In this document: positions 1-13,103 of the stretch, piece after piece
Layout of the letters: each line of letters begins with the position of its first letter
Numbering within the stretch: the stretch's first letter is position 1
Assembly (NCBI GenBank): GCA_963514005.1
Contig: OY740806.1
Coordinates: 24,056,001 to 24,120,000 of the forward strand
DNA: 64,000 bases
Reading direction: 5' to 3'
Source: Raja brachyura
Lineage: Eukaryota
Translations under genes and position numbers: made by a program
Notes under the pieces: generated by a model
What the model saw: the letters and a program-made list of their open reading frames with translations, nothing else
The model's database searches: none
What the model was told of the DNA's origin: nothing

Positions 1-2974
1 AGTAATTCATTGAACGTTCACAGGTCTCAAAAATTCAAGTCCTTATTTTGTCTATCTGACTATTGGAGAACTTGAGGATAAAGGGGTTGTGAAATTGTTC
101 AATGGTTGAACAACGATTGGAGCAGTAACCGAGCGTATTCTCACAATCCAATCTGGAAGAAGCTTACACCAAATGAAAGTTCTTACTTTAATAAAAGTAC
201 AAGATCCAAAATGGAATACTGTACAAAGTAAAGAAGAGACGGAACATTTATTTCTGATCATTAACTACTTCATTCCCTGAGCTTATTTCAACTGTGGTAT
301 GTTGGACTATTAAATTATATTGCTGAGCCCACCAAAATGTAATTCTCCAGGCACTGAAAGAGTTAAATTTCATGATCCTCCAGTATTTTTTCACTGATTT
401 CAAGCCATCCAGCAGGCTTTACTGAAATAAAATGCCAATGTTGCAGTGTTTGTAAACGTTGACTTCCTGATTTCAGCCCTTGGGATTTCTCTAGTTGGTA
501 TAGTATTTATTTTAAACCATTTTGTGGCAGAAGGACCACAACAACAAACCAAGGATGTAATAGTTCCTCATAAACTAAAAGTAATAATAAAAATAAAAAA
601 TAATAAAGGCACACATGTATCTTGTTAAAGAACATTTATTGACCTCTTCCAAAGATAAGTGCTTTTGCAGAGTAGGTTACTGTTGTAATACAAGAAGCAT
701 GATGATCCATATGCACGCACTAAGTATCCACATAACCATGGTGATGACTGGATAATCGGCAGTGGAGTTGTTGGTTGAGTTATAAATATTGGCCAGATCT
801 CCCTTGGTTCTCTTCAAAATGGTGCCAAGGAATTTGTTATTCTCACCCGAAAGGCAAGTGGAACAACTTGACATATTGGCATTTTGTGGTGATGTTCTGG
901 TATGTCTACTTTGATTATGGCTTCAATCATTGGAATGGGATGAAGCAATATTCAAAGCTAAACAAAATAAAAATAGAAACAAGTAATTGTCAAATTCTGC
1001 CTTTGTTGATTTTAATAGTTAAGGTATGGTTATTTTGTGAATTAATAGTTTCAGGAATTATTCCATTTGAGAGCAAAAGGATAATGTTTTTTCCTCTAGT
1101 CTAAAATGTGAGATGTGGATATCTCAATGAACAGAGGAGCTGAGCAGTGCACAGGAAGCAGATGGCAGGAACTCTATTGGATTCTTCTGTCATCATTGTC
1201 TGTTCTCAAGCATCTGTTGCATGTTGTTCTTAAAATTGTGTATTATCCTCTTCAGAGAAGCTGCCTAAGGATATATAGATGCTGGAAAACGATTCACAGA
1301 CATGTACTGTAGAAAAACTGGCCCATCGACACACTGTATACATTCCATTTATCCAGTACGAATACTATTTACCATCAACTGTTTCCCTGGCCTTTTATGC
1401 CTTAGCAATTCAAGTGTTTGGCTGATTCGAATACAAATGGATGTAGGCAAGTTGCTAACAAAATAAGAACATAGAATTGGAGGGACAAAGATTTCTAACT
1501 GTAACGTCATTCTATCTTGTTTTTTTTTCCAAATTTATCTTGTTTTTGTCTGATCGTTTTTCTTCTATTATTTTCACCATTCGTGCTGTCAGCATAGAGT
1601 GGAATGTTGTCAGTCTCTAGAATCCAGGTCCTTTTGGCGAGAGCTAGAAGGCTTTTAATTAGAGGTAAATTAGAGCCCAAATTGGCCAGTGTACACCACT
1701 GCCAGCAAGTGGACTTTTCAGTGGTTCATTCTTTTGTAAGAAATGTCTATATTGTGTAATATCCAGCAGAATAATTAATATACAAACTATTGTTAGGGGA
1801 ATAATGTTAACTTCACGCAACTTTAGGGAGCCATTATTTGTATTTATTCATTTTTTAGTGTATGGGCATTACCAGCAAGCCCAGCGTTTGCCTTGAGAAG
1901 ATGGCAGTGTGCCACTTCCTTAAACCGCTGCAATCTTCCTGGTGACTACTGCCACAGTGCTGCATCGAAGTTCCAGCATTTAGACAGAGGAGTGTTGAAG
2001 GAACAACAATCTATTTAAGTCATAGGAAATCAGAGAAATTGCAGATATTGGGAGAAACTATATCACGCATAGGGGGATATCTCTGTTCTTTACGGCCTCA
2101 ATCTTACACCAGAACCGGTTGCAAAAGACACAAGCAGGAATTTACTGTAGAGGTCTCAATTAGGAACAACATTTTTTATAGTGCTGATGATCTCATAAGA
2201 TTTATCAAGATGTTTCCTTGTAATTTAAGACATCTTCATTCCGCTAAGCTCTTGCTTTCAATCATACTCTGCCAAAACCTTTACATACAACTCTTGTATG
2301 TGCACACAAATTTATTCTACCTCCCCTCTGTTCTTTACCTATCTATTGTCATTGCTCCTCTGCTTGTACTTTCAGCCACTGTCCCTGGCTCTTTGTGTCT
2401 CCACCATGTCTTTGGTATTCTGCCATGATTCTACTACCGTTGCACTGCAGAGCTGCCTGTGTCTCTCTCCCTCTTCTCTGTCTTTCCTCCTCGTGGTGAC
2501 CGTCTCCTTATTTGTCACTTTTCCTGTATCTCTCTACCACACACCCAGTCAGTGCTCCATTCCCTTCTTCTGAACTTGTTGTTATGGAAGGTTTCAGGAC
2601 CTGCAAACAATACTGGTGCATCTCACAAAGGTGGCAGTGAGAGACTAGAAGCTACACAACAGGCGCAGGTCTCATAAACACAGTAGGGCTTTATATGTGG
2701 AATGGTGAAGGCGAGTTGTTAAGTAGACTGAACAGTGGGAAGCCTGGTTTGCCTGATTTGAGGTGCTGAAAGACACAAATAATCCTCCCCTTCTAGAACA
2801 GAATTTGTCAATAACCTCCCTAATGAAGTGTCAATCAGTAAACGGTAAGATGTGGCACATATCAAGAGCTACCACCTGTAATGATCTTTAGATAGGAAGT
2901 TGAGATGGGTCATTTTGATTTTTAATATGAGATCAATCCAGGCTTGTGTGTGAGTTTGTTTTCTTTTTAAATTT

Positions 2975-3642
2975 TACGAGATTATCCTATATAAAGTTAT
3001 TTTTCTAAAATACTTCAAATAAAATTGGACCCCGATACAGAATTTATTACTCTCGGTACGTCAGAAGCCTGTTTTGAGCTAACGTTATTTTAAAGACGTT
3101 TCCTTAATTATGGCCTGAAAACGGCAAAAGGACTAATACTTAAATTTTGGAAACATACATTAGTCCCTACTGTAAAGATGTGGATTACAAACATGTCCGA
3201 GACACTACATCTGGAAAATATTAGGCTTGGCTTTGCAGAAAAAACAGATCAATTTTTCAAGACATGGACACCTTTACCAAATTCTTACAAGGATAGTATG
3301 GTGCAATACAAATTTGGATTTAATCCAACGATGGGTTGGGTGAGGTGGGTGAGGTGGGCGGGGGGCGAGGGGCAGGTATATCTCCACTTTTTTCTTTTTT
3401 TCCCTTTCATTTTTTTCTCTTTTTTACTTTTCCTCATATCTTTATTCACTCTTTGGCCACACTACTTTGGTAGTCTGGGGGTTCTATTTTTTCACTTTTC
3501 ACTTTTTCTCTCCTTCTTTCTTATTTTCCTTCATTTTCAGGTTAAAAGATCAATCTATTGAAGCTGTACAATAATTGTATAATTTTACATGCCGAATGTT
3601 TTATTCTTGTACAATTGCTTGTAATAAAAATAATTAAAAAAA
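2975..3642 (+). mobile_element. 5'-truncated L1-clade LINE (ORF2 C-terminus, 3' UTR, A-rich tail)
   Basis: Translation ...AKGLILKFWKHTLVPTVKMWITNMSETLHLENIRLGFAEKTDQFFKTWTPL resembles the ORF2 C-terminus of fish L1. It is followed by a G-rich then T-rich UTR, and AATAAA plus an A-rich tail at ~3623-3642. Confidence 0.75.
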
Positions 3643-4679
3643 ATATATATACATATATTTTACGGATTAGAGTTCGCAACAATATCAGCCTTGTGGAAGT
3701 GTATTCTGTGCAAATATTGCTCCTTTGAGAAGTGGAGAAAAGAACATCGGTCCCATGTTTCCGGCTGGATGAAGTCTTCATTAGTGAGCCTTATATACAC
3801 TTGCAGTGTATTGCAGGGAAGCCTCTGTTGCAGGTCCATGCAATCTGTCAAAAGGAGCTTGTCGTTTAGATAAATCCTCATTGTTACAGACTTCAGAATG
3901 TCTCAGTCTTCAATGTAAGCAATGTGCAGAGTAAGTTGCCAGCCTGCACAAAATTGTGCAGCTGTCTGGCTATGAAAGTAGGTTGTTTGTAATTAATCTT
4001 TTAAATAGTGCTGTTTCTGAACAATAGGCATTCCTAAAAGCTGGTTGATTTGTGAGTGAATGATGACGGATGTTTTTTCAGATAAATGTGGTTGAAATCT
4101 CTCTAATGGAGACTCTTGGGCACTGCATTTATGTCATTTGACTGAATTTCACCATAGAAACAATGAGATCCACTGAATGTGAAGTTCTCATCTAAAAATG
4201 AGCAGGTACCCAGAAATGTGTAGAAAATTGTTTTATCTGGAATAACACAATTTATACCAGCAGAGTGCTTATTTTGATTTGAGTTGTGTGAATGAATTTT
4301 TAGTCCCATAGTGTTAGCTGCCATTGCAGTGATGAGTGTGTGTTGGACGCTAGGGTCTACCTTAGTCACTTTAACCTTTGTGCCAAATAAACCACAAAAC
4401 CACAAAAATGGGATTTAGGCATTCTTTCAGATATCTGTGGCTACAAATTATAAACTTGTATCAGCATAAGTAGGATTCTCACATAAATCCCTGTCCAAAA
4501 TATCTAATACCCCTTCCCTTTATAAAGCGATATTTATTGCCCATGAAATCTTTTCTGAATTTGCCATCAATGGCACCCACTGTTTGTCCCAAGTATTTCT
4601 AGTATTAGAAGTTGTGAAATTTGGTATACTTTGGAATTATTCTTCATTTACTATTTTTAAAATAAATCTTTGGTATTGT

Positions 4680-4780
4680 GGGGTGTGAGGAAGGGTCCCG
4701 ACCCAAAACGTCACCCATCCTTTTGCTCCAGAGATGCTGCCTGACCCGCTGAGTTACTTCAGCACTTTGTGTCTATCTTT
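4680..4780 (+). mobile_element. Penelope-derived terminal repeat with decayed hammerhead core
   Basis: gtgagga-agggtcccgaccc-aaaac-gtc followed by gagatgctgcctgacccgctgagttact; same family as 7555-7720 and 59425-59515. Confidence 0.65.
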
Positions 4781-5351
4781 GGTATTGTTCTTATTTCCAG
4801 GTGTTGAGTACATTCTGCACAGAGGAATTCCAACCAGTGTCATTTTGCTGTATAAAGAATTGCTGGTTGCCATGTTATTTCCCATTTTATCTTTGGGTCA
4901 GATTTGCCAGAAGCATCAGTGGTTGCTTTATAAGAAGCAGGAGATGTTTGTGCTAGATTGTGATTTAGCGCACTGGATTGTGCCTTGTACTGTCATATGT
5001 CAGTGTGAGTTGCAGCTTGTCTCCACCTGGAAGGTAGAAATATTTAGATGCCTGTCGGCCTCTAACAGTTTTGTGTCAACTTTGTAGACAACAAATAATG
5101 CACTGGCCCAGGGAGTTGTTAGGTTTTCAGTTTCTATTTAGATCAGCAAGTGCATTTTGCAACCAATGTATCTGGAAACTCTCACCAGAAAATAATTTTA
5201 CATAAATAAACCTGTCACATTTTTGATTGAATTTGGTACAATGCACTATAACTTGGATGCAAAACTTGTATTTCATCTTCTATATGCCATTCCCATCATC
5301 ACCAACAATAGGAGTCCATTCTGCATTCAGGCAGGTATCCATTGCATATTT

Positions 5352-6386
5352 TAGCAATGTTACAAAATTTTGAGATTTTAAAAATCAAGTCTGCAATTTA
5401 TCCCATCAGATAAAGCATAAAAAGAAGTTTAATTTGACACCTAATTTACTTTCATATCTTCAGTATTAAGAAAGTTATGGCCATTTTCATACTCGGAAAT
5501 GAGCATCTTGCTTCCCATTGCCTTTCAATTGACTTAACTCAAAAGCTGTGATCTGGAAAAGTTAAATGTCCATAACATTCTTAAAAATTAAGAGAACTCA
5601 ATGAAATTTTCAGTTATTATAGATTGAAGCATTCTGAAACAAATATTAAACAATCTTACTTGGATTACCTGAAATTAAAGCATATAATTAGTTAGTTATC
5701 TAATTGTAGCTAATTACAAAATTCAATGAGTAGATCTAAACATCTATCAATTTCTTAAGAAAAGATAAACTTTTTTTAAATTGCCTAAGTGTCCAAATAA
5801 CATTCACACAATAATCCACAATATAACATAATTTTTAAATCTCATTTTCATGAATTTCTGGGCCAAATGGAAGGAATTTAGTGTTTTATGCCTGTAAATT
5901 AATGGCCATTTAAATCAACTAGCGAGTGGGTTTTAGCGGAATGCGGTGGATTAGAACGTTGCGGTTAGCGGTGAAGTCGGGGGGAAAAATACTGGGGGTT
6001 CATACATTTTTTGGGGAACCCATTTCGCAACATAAAAATATTATTAATGCCTCCCGAAAAACCAACTTTTAATATAAAAATAAAGTATTTACCTTTTTTT
6101 CTTCCCTACGCAAAATGCTTCCGGTTGTCTGCGGTCACGGCTTTTGAAGGTGATTTTTAAATTACTCTAGTTAATAAATAATCTAGAGTAATTTAAAAAT
6201 ACCACCATTGATGAAATGTCGGAGCGATTTTTCTTCAGCAACCAAATCGCCCGACATTCATCGATTATCCAGGCCTGGGGAAAAACGGCACTTTAAGCCC
6301 GCCCCCCTCTGCAAGGCGCGAAAGTCGCGCACACGGGGAGCGGCAGAAGTGCAGCGCCGGTAAAGGTAAGTTTTGCAACATACCTA
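5352..6386. mobile_element. Non-autonomous DNA transposon with 16-bp imperfect TIRs and 7-bp TSD
   Basis: Left end tagcaatgttacaaaa versus reverse-complemented right end taggtatgttgcaaaa (13/16 match). The flanks carry a perfect direct repeat catattt (5345-5351 and 6387-6393). No ORF. Confidence 0.7.
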
Positions 6387-7554
6387 CATATTTGACAAGT
6401 GAAGGTGGAGTCTTTCATAGGCAGGGAAAGTGGAAACCTAAAGATCACTACTTCTCTTTTTGCAACAAAATTGTACTTTCCACATGGAGCCTTGTTCAAT
6501 GTTCCTTCAGCTGAGTTGTTATTGAGTTCCTGGCCCTAATCTACTGGGAAAGGAAAAAAAAACAAAGGAAACATCACCTTTATCACATCCCATATGCCTG
6601 CAGAGATGAATGGGTGTCTCAGAAAAAATGTTGTCAATGGTCAAAGGGTGTGCAATGCTTCCATCAAGATGTGTTCTAAATAATACTTATTTACATTAAT
6701 GACAAAAATGCTTAGGTTGTGAATTTTTCAATTAGAAAACAAACAAATCTTCAACTATAGTTTGTTCCCTCCCTTACAGCTCTTTCTGCTTGTCAAATTA
6801 GGGATTAGATAGTAGATTCGTATAACCATCCAGGGATGGTTGGGTCCCTTCCTCTCTTGATCTCCTATTTCGCTGTTCTCTTGCATAGGCATAGAACATT
6901 TCACTACTGAAGGAGCCCATATTGCCCATGCAAGCCAAAACAGTGTTATTTTGCCTAACTTTAGACGCCCATTTTGTAGAACTTTGTCTGTAGACCTATA
7001 GTGTAGCAATTCCAATGTTCATCCATTCAGATCATTTTAAAAACATTATTAGGGTTTCTGCCTTCATCTAGCATTTAGTACCAGACCTCCCGCTTTTCTT
7101 TACGTTAAAACATTGTCCCGCATTTTCCTCCAATCCATCTACTTTAAATTTATATTCTGTAGTTACCGGCCTTACTCCTAATCCTCTTATTTGATCAGCC
7201 TATGTGGTCCTTTCATAGTTGTATGCATCTGATCAAATCTTCCCGAAGCTTCTTTATTCTGTCTTTATAACGACGGTTCTCTGACGCTTGTAAGATCCTC
7301 ATAACTTTCTTTTGCATCCACTGTAATATTTTAACATCTTTTCAGAACTCTAATTCTAAAGCCAACTCGTATTTTCTATAATGATTACATGACCCCTGCC
7401 TGAGCAATAAAGGAATGTGCGCATTCTGACTTCTTAACAATCACATCTATTTCTAATTTCCAACAGAATTATGGTGGGCATGGGAAGGCTTCACCACAGT
7501 GAAGAGGTCTGAGGGGATATACATTCAAGCCAAAGAGGAGAACATTTTAAATTA

Positions 7555-7720
7555 GTGTAGGAAAGAACTGCAGCTGCTGGTTTAAATCGAAGGTAGAGAC
7601 AAAATGCTGGTGTAACTCAGCGGGCCAGGCAGCATTTCTGGAGAGAAGGAATAGGTGACGTTTCGGGTCGAGACCCTTCATCAGTCTGAAGAATGGTCTT
7701 AACCTGAAACATCACCCATT
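7555..7720. mobile_element. Back-to-back pair of Penelope-derived termini with hammerhead-like cores
   Basis: Minus strand 7684-7657 reads CTGATGA-A-GGGTC-TC-GACCC-GAAAC-GTC. Plus strand 7686-7713 reads CTGAAGA-atggtcttaacct-GAAAC-ATC. Confidence 0.75.
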
Positions 7721-7736
7721 TTAAATTAGTGTCTTA

Positions 7737-8708
7737 TCTATATAATTAAAAGTTTCATCTTGACCACTTCCTGTCTGCACAGTATATTGATTTTAGAAAA
7801 GAGCTACCCTGTATCGCTGTGATTTTTGGCCATCTTACTCACAGTCCTCCTCTGCTGAGCCAGCCCCGAGGATTTTTCCCATCAATGAAAAATAAAAAAG
7901 CTACGAGTGTTTAAAAAATACCTTGAGATCAGCTGATTGGTCCTCTTGCCTGTCAATCACCGCGGTGAAGGTAATGGCCCTTCCGGGGAGGGGGGGGGGC
8001 AGGACTATGAAACCCCGGATGCCTGCATGTGAGTCAGTCACTCTGCAAGCACGCGAAAGAGAGGCCGCGACTGTCATTCTAAGCTGTGAATCAACTGAAC
8101 TGTGAGTCTGCAATGTACTTGCAATAAATTATTTGTTAGCCCTTAATGATAATGCCATGAGTTGTTTGGCCTGCTGCCCTGTCTGTGCTTGAAAGCGCAA
8201 TGCTTAATTGGAAAATAAATGAAATGACAATGCCATGAGTTGTTTGGCCTGCTACCCTGCCTGTGCTTGAAACTGCAACACGTTATTAGGTCCAACTGTG
8301 TTTGGAAGGAATAAATGCTTTATTAGGTCCGACTGTGTTTAGTCCAAATGTCCTGCTCATTTTGTGACAACTGCTTCATGGACAGGTCGCTCTGATGGCA
8401 TAATTTCTGGTGAGTGCAGAGGTCGTACTGATGCGTAATTTCTGGTAAGTGCAGAGGTCACGCTGATTGTGGAAGTGCCGCTGACGGCGGAAGCCCCATA
8501 GTGGAGAGGCCGCGCTTAGCCGTGTGAGTAGATTCAAGAAAGTTTACTGTCATATATACGGTGCGTGAGTCAGTGAGTGTATGTATGTGAGTGAGTCTGT
8601 GTGTGTGTGGGTGGGTGTATATTGGAATTGGTGGAGAGGTGGAATATTGTGTTGGGGGACCAGCCCTCCTGTGTGAAGCTGGGACCCAACGGGTCCCACT
8701 TAGTATAG
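7737..8708 (+). mobile_element. Non-autonomous Helitron
   Basis: 5' end A|TCTATATAATTAAAAG. Subterminal hairpin tgggaccc-aac-gggtccca at 8680-8698. 3' end atag|T (CTAG with one substitution). No TSD; internal tandem duplications. Confidence 0.7.
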
Positions 8709-11700
8709 TAGAGTCTAAATATTGTAGATACGTGGCATTCAAAATTAAAAACCCAAATTCCTGCAAGTCCTCAAGAAATCCAGTTAGGCGATGGAGAGGT
8801 AAATAGAGTTTACATTCAGCTTACTGCATTAACTGGCACCGAAAGTTGTTAGCTTTTAGGCGAATCAGTGGGAGAATCTGTGATAGGGCAAAAGATGCTG
8901 CAAGGCAGACGTGATGGTAATAGGATTGGTATAGAAACAAAAGATGGTGTTGGAAAGACTGCAGACAGTTGCAACAGAAGTGCAGGGGAGGAAGCAGTAT
9001 CTATAATGGAATAAAGGTGGGGAGATCCCAGGAGCATGGACCACATGTCTGTTTAGTAGCAATAGTGGATGTTTGTTACAAGCACCAATCCACATCACAT
9101 CCATTTGTTCAATATTTAAATGAAGCTGTATTGACAACAGGCCTGCCTTGGTTCTCTGCAGTCTGGTATCAAAGTGATTAAGAAAAAGGATATGATGTTA
9201 GAAGCCGTTTTAATAACAACTCTAAGGAAATATTTGAAAATAATATTAATCCAATGTTTTTATTCTTTAAATTGTAGAATGATTAGTAAATTCGTTTTTG
9301 ATAATATCTTCCAAGTAAAAGAAAATTTTGGAATTCAAAAATGTGCTATAAATATATTTACATCCTGAAAGAAGTAACTGCTTTTTAACACTACAGTGTC
9401 TCATTTGCAGAAAAGCTCCCTTCTTCTGGGAATGGTGCCAAACACAAGCAATCTTCCTGGATGAATGTAGAAAGCTGCTGAGACTTGCAGCTTGCCGACA
9501 CTAGAAGCACCATCGTCAGCAGTACTGTGCTTCTGATTAATAAGGCAATACACTGCGTATCGTCCATTAGCATCCATTACATCTTCCATAGCAATCTGAT
9601 TAGGAGTTAGGTCACCATTTTTGGTGAAATAATCATTTCATTTCTCATATTCCATGACAATATGGACAATCGATTTACAACTTCCACGGTGCAACTGAAC
9701 TGTAAAATATTGTCCTATGAAAAAGATTTATAGTGAAATATTCAAAAATAACATTTTTTTATGAATTCCATTGATTTTAGGAGGACACTAAATGTAAACT
9801 TTCATTTTATGCTTTCAAAACCAAAACATTTAAGTGTGAATCAAGTGACCCACCTCGGCATGGAGGATCCTCCCCACTTGCACGATGCAGTCAAGGAATC
9901 TCACAACGCGGAGCTTAACTTAAAATTACATAGAATAACAGAGGTTGAAGAAACCAATTTACATGGCATTGCTGGTTTTATTTGAAATGGTGGAGGATGG
10001 AAATGAGTATCTGTGTGATACTGTGCTGAATTTGTGTTGGTGAAGGACCGTATATTTAAATGCCCGGAGTTGCAAATGATTGGTAAAAATGAATTAAAAT
10101 GATATTAGTTTTATTTTCTCCCTTCATAATATGCATTTGGTAAAGTTTTGCAAGTGTTTCATGTGATTGAAACTGAGAGACAGATGAGTAATCATGAAAG
10201 AAAATAGATTCTCATCAGAAGGATCATCTGATGTCCAATACAACTTGGCATAAATGCAGGACAAATTAAAGACATTCCAAATTGAACACACTGGGTTGTA
10301 AACTTGACCATGGACCCTGCTCACTTTGCTCCCCCTGCCTACCCCCCACCCTCCACTATCCACTCCAAATCACTTCCTTCTGCTTCAACTGGAACATTGA
10401 AGGCTACAACAACACCTCAGATGCAGCAACCTTGTATGAAAACACCTCACTGGAATAGGAGATGAAATGCAGAAATATGTGTTATTCAGTTCAACTAAAC
10501 AGCATTCCATCTGCTAAATGACTGTTTCTCTAGTTTGCGGATTGTTAGTGCTCACTAATCCCATCCTTACTCAGCAATATATTAGCATAAAATGTGCATA
10601 GGCTGTTTAGTTGAATGTATCTGTCAGTGCTTCGGAGTATATGTGTACAGTTTCACTACAGGAGATAAACTGTGAACCAGCTTTGAGCTGGCAATTGTGT
10701 CATTTTGGTTCAGGCCATTACGCTATCACTCAGATTTCTGGTGATCGCAATCTAAGAATTGGAACAGTTTGCATAAATGCTCCACGATGCGGTCAAATAT
10801 CTGATTGACTTGAGGTTTGCACTTAGCTACAATTTCAGGGATTTATAGTACCTAGAGAGGATGCAGTTCCCAGAGGGGGCACAGCACAGAACATACTCAG
10901 CAATTAACAGCAGCAAGAGAGTCAAGGATCAGTCTCACTCAGAAACTCTAACTAATTAACCCTTGGAACCTTTCTGAGCCTGTGAACGAAGAACAGTGAT
11001 TGAATGGTGGACTTAATCCTTTGGTAGCAAAAGTCAGATCTCTTCAGGATTGCCAACCAAATTTACAGAAAATGATACAATCCTGCTGAGTTTGGGAATA
11101 TCAACCGACACAACTTACTTTGAGAAATGTGATTGTTGAGGAAAGATGAAAAAAATTGAGGATTTATCTAGCAGGTAGAAGATGAAATAAAAGAAAGAAA
11201 GATAAATAGATTAGTTAACACTTTTGGTGTACAACTTCACCATATCTGATGATTATACATTCCAAACATTCATTTTTCTGTCCAGAAGCTGGAAAAACAC
11301 AATCATGTATTTTCATGACTTTCGGCCTATGACACAATTTTCATGGATTATTAAACATGTAAAACAATCCAGAGCAGCTAGAAATCAGCCAAAATATAAA
11401 CTATGGCTATGACAAATCAAGACTGACTAGTCAAAATATACTAAGAAAATAATACCAATTGGCAACTGTGGAACATGTAAAGGAGCACATATAAAATATG
11501 GGAAGCATGTAAAATATGGGAAACATGTAAAAGCACATTTAAAATATGGGAAGAAAGATGTTGAAAAATTCTAGTTCATTGTAAATGGATGTGGCAGATG
11601 TGTGCTGATCCTCCATTGCAGGGTGAACAGAGTGCTAATCCTCCATTGAAAATGTGACAGCCAGAATTCTTCTGAGACTTACATCAGAAAGTTGTCTACC

Positions 11701-11854
11701 TTAGGAGGAATCAGGCTGGTGCTGTCACTGGGAATGGTGAATGTGATTGAGGGAATTGGTGATGGTGGGAGGTGGCTGTTGATGACCAGCGAGCAGAACT
11801 TTCAAAGATGGCGATTCAGATTGGGGAAATCATGGTGTAATCGGAACACTTGGG

Positions 11855-12281
11855 TCTTGATCATCGTAACATCACACCCATCCTCACTCAGCTCCACTGG
11901 ATCCCTGTGCACCACCGGATTAACTACAAGATTTTACTGCTGACCTTCAAAGCCCTACACCACCTTGCTCCCCAATACCTCTCTGACCTGCTGCTACCAT
12001 ACACACCTTCACTCGTTCCTCCTCATCCATCACCTGGACATTATCGATCAATTCAAATCACAACTCAAAACACACCTGTGAAGATTAGCATAACTGACAT
12101 AACTTCCACCATGTTCACCCTGATTTTAATTACTTAAAATGTTTTGTGTATTTTTTGTTTTTTTTGTTTTTAATCAACTTGATTTTACTATTGATAATGT
12201 ATTGTGATTTTATGTCCTGTAAGGTGTCCTTGGGTGTCCAGAAAGGCACCAGCAAATACAATGCATTATTATTATTATTAT
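11855..12281 (+). mobile_element. L2-clade LINE 3' fragment
   Basis: Translation ITPILTQLHWIPVHHRINYKILLLTFKALHHLAPQYLSDLL is the typical L2 ORF2 C-terminal motif; ends in a (TTA)n tail. Confidence 0.8.
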
Positions 12282-12534
12282 CATCTGGTTGGTTATGGGA
12301 TTGAGCATTTTGTTGGGGGAATAGGGTTGCAGTCTTCAAAGCATGGAGGTTAGCAATTACTTGGCAGATATCGAAGTCTGGCATTGTCAGAGGAAGAGCC
12401 AGTTTTATTTTGCTGGGCTCAAGAATGAGAGCAGTCAACTTTATTTCAGTACTCTTGTCTCTGACAGGGATGGGTGTGAAGTGGATGTTTCCAGTCGTGG
12501 GAAAGTCCAGGACGAGAGTAAGAAAGAACTAAGC

Positions 12535-12645
12535 TGGTTTACACCAAAGATAGACACAAAATGCTGGTGTAACTCAGTGGGTCAGGCAACATCTCTGGAG
12601 AAAAGGAATTGGTGACATTTCGGTTCAAGACCCTTCTTCAGACCC
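12535..12645 (-). mobile_element. Penelope-derived terminal repeat with hammerhead-like core
   Basis: Reverse complement reads agggt-CTGAAGA-agggtcttgaacc-GAAA-t-GTC-acca; ggt/acc could form a short stem I. Confidence 0.65.
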
Positions 12646-13103
12646 TACAACAGATTGGCTTTACTAATTACCTGCTGTAACCTCAGTATTAGCTTTTTGT
12701 GAATTCAATACTGACCTATCCAGATTCATCTGCATCTCAGTTGTTCAAATGAATAGCTGCGGACTATGGGTGACGGAGGGGTGAATCCAACCAGTTTACT
12801 TGCTCCTGATTATTTTTAAACGTTGCTGCTGCAAAATGCACATTTATGGATGTCATAAATGTTTGTCTTGTCCGTAATTGGCACCATTAACTGGCAAAGT
12901 TTACATAAAGAATAGCCACTTGCATGAGTTGGCAAAGTGTATGTGGGACAGGGAGACTAAATCCCAGAAGAAATGTGTCATTTTAAAAGTTGAGAGGACA
13001 AAATTGTAATGATCAATGGCGTATCAATAAAATGAAGGGTAATATAAATTGAGTGATTGCGATGAATGTTATAGGTTGATGTCATCACATGAAATTTTAT
13101 ATT

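Noticed and set aside
2598-2668. 71-nt phase 1-0 candidate HOATZ exon (GPANNTGASHKGGSERLEATQQAQ)
   Set aside because: The phase fits, but the donor (gtctca) is weak and the peptide does not resemble HOATZ.
2797-2844. 48-nt exon-like segment (cttctag| ... |gtaaga)
   Set aside because: Good splice sites but no recognisable protein similarity; cannot be assigned without transcript data.
3660-3930. Protein-like ORF on the minus strand and a 41-nt exon-like segment at 3890-3930
   Set aside because: No recognisable domain, and it cannot be joined to a coherent gene model.
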